Below, piece after piece: positions 49,081 through 60,307 of a DNA stretch of 60,307 bases. Made by a program: the position numbers and the translations under genes. The stretch lies in assembly GCA_030324005.1 (NCBI GenBank), contig JARDVH010000140.1, positions 34,765,178-34,825,484 of the forward strand. The letters are read 5' to 3'. Position 1 is the stretch's first letter, and each line of letters begins with the position of its first letter. Under the pieces are notes generated by a model. It was not told the origin of the DNA and did not search any database. It was given only the letters and a program-made list of their open reading frames with translations. This stretch comes from Negaprion brevirostris. Its lineage: Eukaryota.

Positions 49081-51502
49081 TGAAACAGGTGAGACAAAAG
49101 AAACCCCAGGAAACCAAAAGAAACTTATAAGAATCTCAACATTCTCAAGAAATTCTTTGAGGTTTTACCCAGCTTCAAGTGTAAAAATTTCAAAACACCA
49201 AATAATCTTGGAAATATGCCTTCAATAGCTTTGTCATGACATTATGTCATAACATTCAAGGATATGGGAGAAGTGTTGGAAAACAGGATTAGCATGACTT
49301 TAGTGGTAGTTACTGTTAGTGCAGACTTGATGGGCCGAAGGGCTATTTCTGCACTGTATGACTCTATGATTATATAGGAAAGAGGAAGTGATATTACCAC
49401 CACTAACAGTATTATGTTCAGATTGGTTACACCAGAGTTTCACATTTCTGAAATCCATGATCTAAGGCAATGTAAAGTGGGAAACGGTAGCTGCAAGTTA
49501 ATTGGAAACCTGTGATCAAATCACTCCATGATCTCAATTCTGTCTCCCTTTCAAACTTTCCCCAGTCTGAGCTTCTCTAACTCTGACCTCACACACATTC
49601 CCCTCTCCCTTCATCTCAGCAATTGGACGCAACAATTGCAGTTTTCTTTACCCTCTTTGGCCCTCCTCTTTAACATACTCCTTAAAACCCACCCCTTTGA
49701 CTGAGCTTGTGGCCTTCTCTCTGAATAGCTGTTCCTGTGGCTTGATGTTAACGTTTATCTGAAGATGCTACCCCAATGAAAGTTATGAATAGAAATGAGT
49801 TTGTTCACAGGCAGCTTGTTAATTAGTCAGCTCATGATTCATCTGACTATACTACTCCTCACTTTAAAAGTCAGCAAAGTGCAGGCGGACATGTGTGAAA
49901 TGCACTATATCCAGAGAAAAAAGGGTTCCTCTTGCTAGAATGTGGATTACACTATTTCACTATCAGATATATAGGCAGGCCCCTGAATAGAAGGTGCTCG
50001 GACTGATTAATTTAAGGCAAGCGCTGAAACAATGAATAGGGACACTACAGAGATCAAGATGGTCTTGGGGTTAAACAGTTCTATAGGGATGTGGGATTGA
50101 GTATGTTCAGTAAGGCAAGAAATAAATCCTCCTCACTCTCCAGATGGTGGGGAAGTCGACAGTTGCACCTCTGAAGCTGTACACTAGCAATGATGCACTG
50201 ATCTGNNNNNNNNNNNNNNNNNNNNNNNNNNNNNNNNNNNNNNNNNNNNNNNNNNNNNNNNNNNNNNNNNNNNNNNNNNNNNNNNNNNNNNNNNNNNNNN
50301 NNNNNNNNNNNNNNNNNNNNNNNNNNNNNNNNNNNNNNNNNNNNNNNNNNNNNNNNNNNNNNNNNNNNNNNNNNNNNNNNNNNNNNNNNNNNNNNNNNNN
50401 NNNNNNNNNNNNNNNNNNNNNNNNNNNNNNNNNNNNNNNNNNNNNNNNNNNNNNNNNNNNNNNNNNNNNNNNNNNNNNNNNNNNCTTACTTGCCCCTCTT
50501 TGACACTGTTAGGTCATCCTTTGTGTCAATTTGAGAGATAAACAGTTTAATATCTCACCCAAAAGACAGTATCATTCAATGCAATGCTGAAGTGTCAGCC
50601 TTTATTTGTGTCCTCAGGCCCTGGTTTGAGGGTACAGCACACACACTTTTAAATTCTGAGGGAAGAGCAGTACCGCGGAGGCAAGCCTGATTCCCAGTCT
50701 GTGTTGAGTTAATTAACCTCAACTGGGCTGATTATTACTGACCTCCGCATTTCTGTGTTAGAGAGAGGGAAATCAGCCAGGGTTCCTCCTGATTCTTATC
50801 CATAGACTCCTTCTGGAATCTGCATGTATTCTGACATCAGCTGGGAGTGGGATCAGGCTTGACTGAAATACCCTCAACAATTAAATCGTTTTGACGTGTG
50901 ATGTATTGGCTCACACATAAGACAGCGGCGGGCTCTCCACCCAGTGGGATTTTGCATCATTAGGAGAGGAGGGGAAAAGATTGAGGAGAAAGGTAAGCAA
51001 ATTGTTTTGAAGCCAATTCATTTTAAGGAAACTAAAACTAGGCCAGCAGCTGTGTTGGACAGCGGGTGAGGAACCTTTCCACTGGCGTTCAGTTTCAAGG
51101 ACTTAGACAATAACAAACCCAGTTTCTACATGTTTGATAAGGGGAGCTGGGAAACTGCAACAGGTGTGAAGCTCGTATATACAGCTTCTCGTGTTGGACT
51201 TGTTGTGTCAATCATTCATCACCTTCAGTGACTGAGGAGTAAATATAATAACTAATGCTTTGTATACTGACAGTATGTCTATCAGAGAAAGAGATTCAAT
51301 TTCAGGATACTTAAAGAGAAATGGTTATATTAGATTTGTAGAAACATATCAAAACCAGGCTTGCAGCTATTGAAAATATCAAGGCAGACCCACATTGGTA
51401 CAATTACTGCATGCGTCAATCCAGACCCGATGATTCTGCAACTCTATCACACAGAGTTGCGCCTGCCCTTGATTAGCTGGGTATAAAATAAATATTGAAA
51501 AG

Positions 51503-51873
51503 CCACTGGGTACAGTTACTGCGTGTATTGATACAGCCTTACACTGGGTACAGTTACTGCATGTATTCATACAGCCTCACACTGGGTACAGTTACTGCAT
51601 GTATTGATGCAGCCTCACACTGGGTACAGTTACTGTATGTATTGATACACTCTCACACTGGGTACAGTTACTGCATGTGTTGATGCAGCCTCACACTGGG
51701 TAGTTACTGCATGTATTGATGCAGCCTTACATTGGGTACAGTGACTGCGTGTATTGATGCAGCCTTACACTGGGTACAGTGACTGCGTGTTTTGATACAG
51801 CCTCACACTGGGTACAATTGCTGTATGTATTGATACACCCTCACACTGGGTACAGTTACTGCATGTATTGATG
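51503..51873. repeat. 38-bp minisatellite, about 10 copies
   Basis: Unit cagcctcacactgggtacagttactgcatgtattgat(a/g), contiguous with no spacers. Confidence 0.95.
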
Positions 51874-52559
51874 TACATTGCCTGCCTGCTAGTCTTGGGC
51901 CCTACGTCTACGGAATCTACACTAACCCTGCACCCTGTCTGTGTTGAACGATAAGGTTGGATACCAGTTCCATGATTTTTGAACTGTTCAAATGGAAACT
52001 GTCACAGATTCACAGCAATGCCTTGGCTGTAATGTGCATGTTGTTTTTGTGTTGATGCAATAGCAGAAATTGTCCAGAAATGAACGCATTTGTTTTCTAA
52101 CCCTGGACACAAACCTAAGGAAGATTTAAGAGAATGAATAATATGAAGCGAAGGGTAAATGAGATATGGCTACATGACTACATAAGTGGCAGGTTTCGAG
52201 TCCATCTATAATGTTGGGTACTGTATGAGGTGACGGGATTCTGCCCTGTATTCTTTCCTCAGTCTGAATTAAGCTTTTATACATGCACTCCATACTCGAA
52301 GCTCATATCAAATATATCCAACCCTACCCATCCATGACCACCTGAATCTTTGAATCATGTGGCTCTAATGCTTTGATTGATGAGCTTATTTGTTCTCAGT
52401 CACAGTGAGGCTTACCCTGGAGGGTTGGGTACCTAAAGCAGCCATTGACTCAAACCCAGCAGTGCAGACAGTAAAAGGACCAAACATGGTCACAGAACCA
52501 CCACAACAAGAAGTTACAGTTATGTACTTTATAACTTGTATTTATACTGTCCCAAGCCA

Positions 52560-52915
52560 CTCCACGGAACACTGTAAAATACCATCACCAAGCCACATGC
52601 CAGCTCATCAAAAGCTTGGTCAAAGTGCTGGGTTTTAAGAAGTGTTTTAAAGGAAGCAAGTGAGGTAAAATTGCAGTGAGGTGTAAGGACAGAATTCCCC
52701 AGCCTGGGGCCTGGGCAACTGGAAGCATGGTCATCACTAATAGACAAATTGTAACAGGGAATGCAGAGGGGCCAGAATTAGAGGAGTGCAGATTATTTCA
52801 TGGGATTGGTGGGGTTTAAGGAGATTACAGATACAGGGAGGCTTGGGGGTGTGGGGGGAAGGAAATGGGTGGGGGAAGAATTGGGAACAAGGATGACAAT
52901 TCTAAACTCAAGAAA
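52560..52915 (-). mobile_element. L2-type LINE 3' fragment
   Basis: SLASFKTLLKTQHFDQAF is a typical L2 ORF2 C-terminus. Confidence 0.7.
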
Positions 52916-53261
52916 GCTGAATTGCGAATAAAACTGCAAAGTGAATCTTCTGATGACTGTGGATTGTTAGGTACATTAGAAAAATACACCTCAGCAGGTA
53001 ATTACTCTGAAATGTGGGTGAGCTGGAAGACCAGTGACAGGAGAGCAGACTGACAGAGACAATCTGGGAAGTGATTACTTGTAGCTGATCAGAATTAGGA
53101 GTTTACTGCCCCCAAGTGTTTACCTAACAAACTGCAGTGTACAAACTAAAAAGGCTGTTTGTAGCTCCTTAGATCTTGCTTTTGCAGGGCGTTTACCATT
53201 ACTTAGACACTAGCTGGAATTTTTTATTTTGATACCTTTTACTACTTTAATTCTAATCAAA

Positions 53262-53445
53262 AAAGCCAATTCAAATTAAGTCCAATCATGGTCCCCACAT
53301 GAGGGACAAATCAGATCCAAGCTGACAAGACGAAATATTACATCCCATCGTGGTGCTAGATCAAATGAGATCCAAGCTGATAGGGTGAGGCATTGCACCC
53401 CCTGCTGGGTTTGATCTAATGCATCATCTTGGCCAAAGGTCGAGA
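53262..53445 (-). pseudogene. U2 snRNA-derived diverged sequence
   Basis: Minus-strand tctcgacctttggccaagatga resembles U2 TCTCGGCCTTTTGGCTAAGATCA. tcttgtcagcttggatctgatttgtccctcatgtggggac resembles U2 stems IIa/IIb (TCTTATCAGTTTAATATCTGATACGTCCTCTATCCGAGGAC). Confidence 0.6.
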
Positions 53446-53617
53446 TGGGCTTTGAAAAATTACATCAAGTAAAGCCTTGGTTTAACCTCATTGGCTACCC
53501 TGAACCTTTATCCTAGCTTAGGCAACCACGATGGCAGGCTTCAGCACACCTCCAGTGCAATAGACTGCCTGATCATGGTGTCACCCCTGCTAGGTATGTA
53601 CCCTATCCCTTTAGCTT

Positions 53618-53835
53618 GAGATACAAAAGTTTGAGAATACGTCTCAACCAACTCAAGAGCAGTTCTTCCCTGGGGCCACCAGATTTTTGAATGGATCTAC
53701 CTTACATGAAGCTGATCTTTCTTTACACCCAAGCTATAATTGTAACACTATATTCTGCACCCTCTCCGTTCCTTCTCCCCCTATGTACTCTACGAGTGGT
53801 GCGCTTTGTCTGTACAGCGCGCGTGTACCCCAATA
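53618..53835 (+). mobile_element. Rex1/Babar-type LINE 3' end
   Basis: RYKSLRIRLNQLKS(S)/FFPGATRFLN fits R..T.R.KNSFFP.A.RLLN. Confidence 0.65.
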
Positions 53836-53839
53836 CATG

Positions 53840-54132
53840 CATGGTGATTAGCACTGCTGCTTCACAGCGCCAGGGGCCCGGGTTCAATTCCAGCCTCTGG
53901 TCACTGTCCGTGTGGAGTCTACACATTCTCCCCATGTCTGTGTAGGTTTTCTCTGGGTGCTCTGGTATCCTCCGACAGTCCAAAAGATGTACCGGTTAGG
54001 TGCATTGGCCTTGCTAAATTCTTCTTCCTTGTACCCAAACAGGCACCGGAGTGTGGTGACTAGGGAATTTTCACAGTAACTTCATTGCAATGTTAATGTA
54101 AGACTACTTGTGACTAATAAATAAACTTTAAA
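53840..54132 (+). mobile_element. HE1-related SINE, alternative-tail variant
   Basis: Same structure as the copy at 29664-29955. Confidence 0.8.
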
Positions 54133-55164
54133 ATGTAACATGTGACAATAATATATCAAAACTAAAACTATAAGACGCCCACTACATTCTGGAAATGTGA
54201 GCTGATAACAGCATAGAGGGAAAAAGAGTGAGGGTACCTGGAAAGAGAGGCGGGACCTGCCTCTTTAAGCACTCAGGCTGAAGGATTGAGAATAGAGCTG
54301 GAATGAGGGTGAGTTAGAGAGGTAATTCAATGTCAAATCAGGAATGGAAAGAGAGAAACAGAATGACTGAATGCAGTGAGAGAAGGAAAGAAAAAGACGA
54401 TTAAAAAATGACCTTTCCACAACAATCAGCTAGCTGAAGAAAAGAGATTCCACACTTTATGATGTTCATTTGCAAGACCGCAGAGGTTGATTGGAAACAA
54501 CTGAAAACAGTGATGTTATTTAAATGCTAATTACTAGTCCAAAATGCCTGGAAAGGGTTGGATCTGCATATAGCACGGCAAGATAGAAGTTGGAGGAAGT
54601 TGAGTGGCCAGACAGAGAGTTGGAAGCTGTTTTTGTAAAGCTAAAAGTGGAGTGCTTCAACTTGAATACAGCTACTTTTGATTATGTGCATTTAGTCATG
54701 CATCTGTCACACACTTGAAGTCGCCATTTCAGTTCTGCATAAATGACAGCGATGCTTTGAGCTACACCATTATCTTAATAACAAATTCCAGCCAATATGG
54801 AATCAGACTCCTGCAGAGAGGCATTGATGGTTGGAAGTATATGACAGTGACAGGGTCAGCACACATCTTCTTTTCAGGACTCCACCAGACACTGCAATTC
54901 CCAGTTTACAGGGCAGAAACTGCTGCTGACAATGCACAGCGTCCCTAATGGTGACTTAGCAACAGCCTTGGAGACAGAGAGACATTATCTAGTCAAAACT
55001 GCTCACATTGCTGTGAAAAACACCAAATCTGCACACTGCTACTCAATTCTCCTGGTCAGTTCCTGGTTACTGAGGGTGAACTGGTTCAGAAAGGCAATCG
55101 TCACATCATATTATGGAGGAGAATACCTTCATACCCTATCCAATATATACAGTGATTCCCTCAG

Positions 55165-55934
55165 CATAAGACCATAAGATACAGGGGCAGAATTAGGCCA
55201 CTTGGCCCATCATTCAATCATGGCTAATATTTTTCTCATTCCCATTCTCCCGCTTTTTCCCTGTAACCTTGACCCCCTTATTAATCAAGAATCCACCTAT
55301 CTCTATCTTAAAGGCACTCAGTGACCTGGCCTCCACAACCTTCTGCGGCAAAGAGTTCCACAGATTCACTACTCTCTGGCTGAAGAAATTCCTCCTCACC
55401 TCTGTTTTAAAGGATCGTCCCTTTAGCCTGAGGTTGTGCCCTCTAGTTTTTCCCATTAGTGGAAACATCCTTTCCACGTCCACGCTATCCAGGCCTTGCA
55501 GGATCCTATAAGTTTCGATAAGATCCCCTCACATCCTTCTAAACTCCGACGAGTACAGACCCAGAGTCCTCAANNNNNNNNNNTTCCTCATACGACAAGC
55601 TCCTCATTCCAGGAATCATTCTTGCAAACTTCCTCTGGGCCCTTTCCAAGACCAGCACATCCTTCCTTAGATATGGGACCCAAAACTGCTCACAATACTC
55701 CAAATGGGGTCTGACCAGACCCTTATACAGTCTCAGAAGTCCATCCCTGCTTTTGTATTCTAGTCCTCTCGACACAAATGCTAACATTGTATTTGCCTTC
55801 CTAACTGCCAACTGCATGTTAACCGTAAGAGAATCTTGACCAAGGATTCCCAAGTCCCTTTGTGTTTCTGATTTCCAAAGCATTTCCCCATTTAGAAAAC
55901 AGTCTGTCCCTCTATTCCTCCTTCCAAAGTGCAG
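55165..55934 (-). mobile_element. CR1-type LINE 3' portion
   Basis: LYKGLVRPHLEYCEQFWVPYLRKDVLVLERAQRKFARMIPG and TRGHNLRLKGRSFKTEVRRNFFSQRVVNLWNSLP; cataagaccataag tail. Confidence 0.92.
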
Positions 55935-56641
55935 NNNNNNNNNNNNNNNNNNNNNNNNNNNNNNNNNNNNNNNNNNNNNNNNNNNNNNNNNNNNNNNNNN
56001 NNNNNNNNNNNNNNNNNNNNNNNNNNNNNNNNNNNNNNNNNNNNNNNNNNNNNNNNNNNNNNNNNNNNNNNNNNNNNNNNNNNNNNNNNNNNNNNNNNNN
56101 NNNNNNNNNNNNNNNNNNNNNNNNNNNNNNNNNNNNNNNNNNNNNNNNNNNNNNNNNNNNNNNNNNNNNNNNNNNNNNNNNNNNNNNNNNNNNNNNNNNN
56201 NNNNNNNNNNNNNNNNNNNNNNNNNNNNNNNNNNNNNNNNNNNNNNNNNNNNNNNNNNNNNNNNNNNNNNNNNNNNNNNNNNNNNNNNNNNNNNNNNNNN
56301 NNNNNNNNNNNNNNNNNNNNNNNNNNNNNNNNNNNNNNNNNNNNNNNNNNNNNNNNNNNNNNNNNNNNNNNNNNNNNNNNNNNNNNNNNNNNNNNNNNNN
56401 NNNNNNNNNNNNNNNNNNNNNNNNNNNNNNNNNNNNNNNNNNNNNNNNNNNNNNNNNNNNNNNNNNNNNNNNNNNNNNNNNNNNNNNNNNNNNNNNNNNN
56501 NNNNNNNNNNNNNNNNNNNNNNNNNNNNNNNNNNNNNNNNNNNNNNNNNNNNNNNNNNNNNNNNNNNNNNNNNNNNNNNNNNNNNNNNNNNNNNNNNNNN
56601 NNNNNNNNNNNNNNNNNNNNNNNNNNNNNNNNNNNNNNNNN

Positions 56642-56720
56642 TTCCCTCACACCCTATCCAACATACAGTTATTCCCTCACACCCTATCCAACATACAGTT
56701 ATTCCCTCACACCCTATCAA
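56642..56720. repeat. 30-bp minisatellite at a gap edge
   Basis: ttccctcacaccctatccaacatacagtta, about 2.6 copies. Confidence 0.85.
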
Positions 56721-57749
56721 GCACCATCATACACCCTTCAGTCTGCAGTACTGTCTTCACATCAGTGCTGCCAGTGAAGTGACTGCATTGTTTGGTGAAG
56801 TTATATACAGTAAGGAGTCTCACAACACCAGGTTAGAGTCCAACCTGGTGTAGTGAGACTTCTTACTGTGTTTACCCCAGTCCAACGCCGGCATCTCTAC
56901 ATGTCGAAGTTATATCCGGAGTGTGACAAGCTGAGATAAACTGATTCTATTATCAGTGTGCTAGGAATTATTTCTGATGGAAAATGTTGAGAGAAAGTGC
57001 ATACTGCAAACTGCTCGTCATATTTTACCTCAGTTTATTTTTAGGTAATGTAACATGGGTTTGTGTGCTAAATTCACTCTTGAAATCTATCCTTGCTGAG
57101 TCGACACTGATAAACTATAATACAAGCTGCTTTGTCTCAGTGTTGCTGTAGATAGATTTGGGAGAGAATCCTGTTTTTTATGGTTAGTCACAGTTACTTT
57201 GACAGTTCTGTTCTCCTTGGGCCTGATGCTTTACAGTTAGTTTGAGTAAGTGACATCAGGCAGGTCGCTGCTGCACCAGTCAGTCAACGTGCCTTTCTTA
57301 TGAAGCAGAGCTAAACACCGAGGTTTCAATAAAATTGTTAATTTGAGTTAAACCCGACTGGAGCATTGCAAATGTCGAAACTGATTTGTGAAGCCATTCA
57401 GTGTCTCCCCTCACAGTTCCACTGAGCGACTGCGCTGATATTTCACAGATGAACCACAAGGTTTGTGGAGCTCTCTTGTGGCTAATTGGGTTAATGAGCA
57501 TGAATGAGGCTGAACAGGCCTTACTGAGACTTGTCAGCAGAATGCCAGCTAAGGAGCTGGGAAGTAATATTGCCTCTCAGTGTCTGTGTGTGTGTGTGTG
57601 CTCCACATGTTACATACTCTGCAGCACAAAAAATAACTCATGTGTAAGTTACAGAAGAATGGATGTCACTAACATTATCCAGCCAGTGAAATGCTCTACT
57701 CACAAGCTTTAGTCTATGCCTCAATTCTCCCTACTGAAGTGTATGCTCT

Positions 57750-57985
57750 CACGCTTTCCCACATTGTATTCCATTATTTCTTTACCCACTCTCCTAACCT
57801 GTCCAAGTCCTTCTGCAGCCTCCCTGTCTCCTCAATACTATCTGTCCCTCCACTTGTCTTTGTATCATTTGAAAACTTAGCCACAATGCCCCCAGTTCCT
57901 TCACCTAGATCATTGATGTATAAAGTGAAAGGTTGCAGCCCCAACACTGACCGTCGCGGAACCTCACTAGTCACCGCTGCCATTT
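57750..57985 (-). mobile_element. CR1 RT fragment
   Basis: VTSEVPRRSVLGLQPFTLYINDL...VAKFSNDTK...LQKDLDRLGEW. Confidence 0.85.
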
Positions 57986-59664
57986 TGAAACAAACAAACT
58001 CCTTTATCTCGTCTCTGCCTTCTGCCAGTCTGAGGTCAATCCAGACTTATCTGTCCAGTTTCAATACCTTTTTGTAGACTTCACAGTGGTGGCATGCTAG
58101 GCCATTGAAGAATCAACCACATTGGTATGGGTCTAGAATCACATGTAGACCAGATGAGGTAAAATGACAGATTTCCTTCTTTATAAAGTACATTATTGAA
58201 CAAGAAGGCTTTATGTTACAATCGACAAACCAATCTTTTTAATTATTATTCACTGAATTTAAATTCCACCATCAGCCAGGGTGGGATTCAAACCTGTGTC
58301 CTCAGAGCATTAGCCTGGGTCTCTAGGGTACTAGTCCAGCGGCATTACCACTACAGCACACCTCCTCAAATATGTTAGAATCTATTACAGTGGGTGTGAG
58401 AATGGGATGCTCAGAAAATAATGGTATGATTGGCCAGAGTCAACATGGATTTATGAATGGGAAATCATGTTTGATGAACCTGTTGGAATTTTTTGAGCGT
58501 GTTAGTTGATAGATAAAGGAGAACCAGTTGATGTGTGGGGCAGCTTTCCCACAATAATTCTAAGTGCACAATGAGCAGGAAAGTGAGACGTTTTCCTCCT
58601 TGTTTTTTGGGTGACTTGAGTTTTGATAATTTACAGCACTCTGTGCAATACAGAGGCCATCAGGTGAGTCACGCCAGTGGGGGTGGACAGAGCCAAAACC
58701 TGCTGGAGAGGCTGGCAGCAGAGTGCTCAGGGGGCAATTGGGCATGTGTCAATCTCCCAGTATACTGGGAGGTCTGTTGATATGCTGCTTTGTCCCCCAA
58801 CCCCCGCATTCCGCCCCCTACCCAACTGACTGCTGGCCACCCACACCCCCAGGCATCAATAGCCTCCCGATTGCTGGCCCTGACCCCCAGCCCACCTTCC
58901 ACCCTGGATATTGGCAGCCTCCTGATTGCCAGTCCCTAACAACAGCCCCCTCCTGCTTAGCTTCGATAGCTAGCCTCGACCTCTGATGGCTGGGCCTGGT
59001 CCCCGATCACTGACCCCACCACTAACCTCCGATGCAGAGTTCCCCCCCTTCCCTCCCCCTGGTCTAGCTCCACTCCTTCTGGCCCCACCAGACGTCCTGC
59101 CCCATTGGCACTGCCCAATGCTCGGTGAACACTGCCAGTGTGCCAGGCTGGCACTGCCCACCAGCGCCCTGGCACTGTAATTGGATATGCTGAAAGGAGG
59201 TGTGTTTTTTAAAAATAAATGATACTTTCCTATTAAATAATTAAAGCTGGTAGCTTCCTGGTGTGGGAACGTGTGACTCAGTGCCACACATGGTCGCACA
59301 TTAAGACTCTAAATCTTGGGTACTACTGCCCATCAGACTGCATTTCATTTCTGATTTGGACCTCTGCTCATTCTTGCTCCACCCAATGGAGGCAAGATCA
59401 CATCTGTGCAGATGCTACGGAAGTCAAAGAACAAATATTAGAAATTATCCAAGCAATATATTGTGGGCTTTTGTGAGTCCCTCCATAATTCCGGCTCATA
59501 GCCAACCACCCGCTTGGAGCTGCTGAGCAGACATGGAACTGAGAACAGTGCCAGTCTGTTCCAGCAATAGAAACCTGTGGCTGAGACAGGCAAGTTTTTC
59601 ACCAAGTACTGTCAATGTTTTATTAAGTGACTAACTTACCAGCCTCTCACGTTAGCCAAGGCTG

Positions 59665-60082
59665 AGTGCTAGCAAGCCTAGCCTCTGACTCAGAGGTCAT
59701 GAGTTCAAACACAGCTGCAGGGATTAGAGCACAAGTCTAAACTAGCACTTCCATGCGTGACTGAGGGAGTGCTGCACTGTTGGAAGTGCCATCCTTTTCT
59801 CCATCTGATTTCTCTGCTGGACGTAGAAGATCCAAGGGCACCATTTAAAGAAGAGCAGGGGTGTATTTCCCTCTTGTTCTGGCCAATATTTATTCCTTAA
59901 CCAGTATCAGCATTAACTGAGTATGATCACATTGTGGTCTGTGGGAGCTTACTGCAAGCAAGTTAGCAGACATGTTTCCAACATTATAACAGTGAGTAAA
60001 CTTCAAAAGTACTTCACAGGTTTGGGATCGCTTTGGGATGCTTGCAGTCAAATGCAAATTGCTTTATAAGGACAAGTCCTTC
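59665..60082 (+). mobile_element. Deu-domain SINE (SacSINE1/AmnSINE-like)
   Basis: actgagggagtgctgcactgttggaagtgccatc...gaagagcagggg...ctggccaatatttattcc...ctgtgggagctt...cttcaaaagtacttca matches the recalled DeuSINE body. Confidence 0.7.
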
Positions 60083-60307
60083 CAAAATGCACACCTAATC
60101 CGTGAGTGAGTTTCCCCTGCATTTTCACACAGAGCCTGTGCTCATGGTACATTTTGTGATTCACAGTAGAGGGTGTGAGGATTGTGAGTGAGGAGGTAAG
60201 TGAGTTAGAAGGCCTGCCTCGGCTCTACGGCAACGGATGAATGAACATCGCTCGACAATCACCAGGCAAGACTGTTCCCTTCCTGTTGGCGAACACTTCA
60301 GTGGTCA

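Noticed and set aside
50964..50992. Purine-rich micro-exon (tag|...aag|gtaagc) as next smap2 exon
   Set aside because: 29 nt, frame-shifting, weak pyrimidine tract, and no SMAP similarity.
51503..51873. 38-bp repeat array as CRISPR
   Set aside because: Units are contiguous with no unique spacers, there are no cas genes, and the context is vertebrate. It is a minisatellite.

Overview
Eukaryotic, repeat-rich vertebrate DNA from a gapped assembly. The HE1-type SINEs, CR1/HER1-type LINEs and Deu-domain SINE point to a shark/elasmobranch (inference). The only complete gene is intronless frizzled-9 (fzd9, minus strand, 41542-43290), in a ~6 kb repeat-poor island with a CCAAT/GC-box promoter. About 3.7 kb beyond the fzd9 stop is a clean 79-nt plus-strand exon encoding [26 protein letters not shown], the ArfGAP C-terminal end of SMAP2. 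No other SMAP exon was recognised, so fzd9 is either nested antisense in a very large smap2 intron, or the exon is an orphan or misassembly. The rest is mostly decayed TEs (CR1, L2, RTE, Rex1, Penelope with GIY-YIG and minimal hammerhead motifs, Tx1/Keno-type, Harbinger-like, solo LTRs) and minisatellites. Notable structures: a ~184-bp-arm foldback at a Tx1 3' end that abuts a U2 snRNA-like sequence, a second U2-like copy with compensatory stem changes, and an ~85-bp-arm inverted repeat just upstream of the SMAP2 exon. All family calls are by eye and from memory, with no database search, and most repeat boundaries are approximate.
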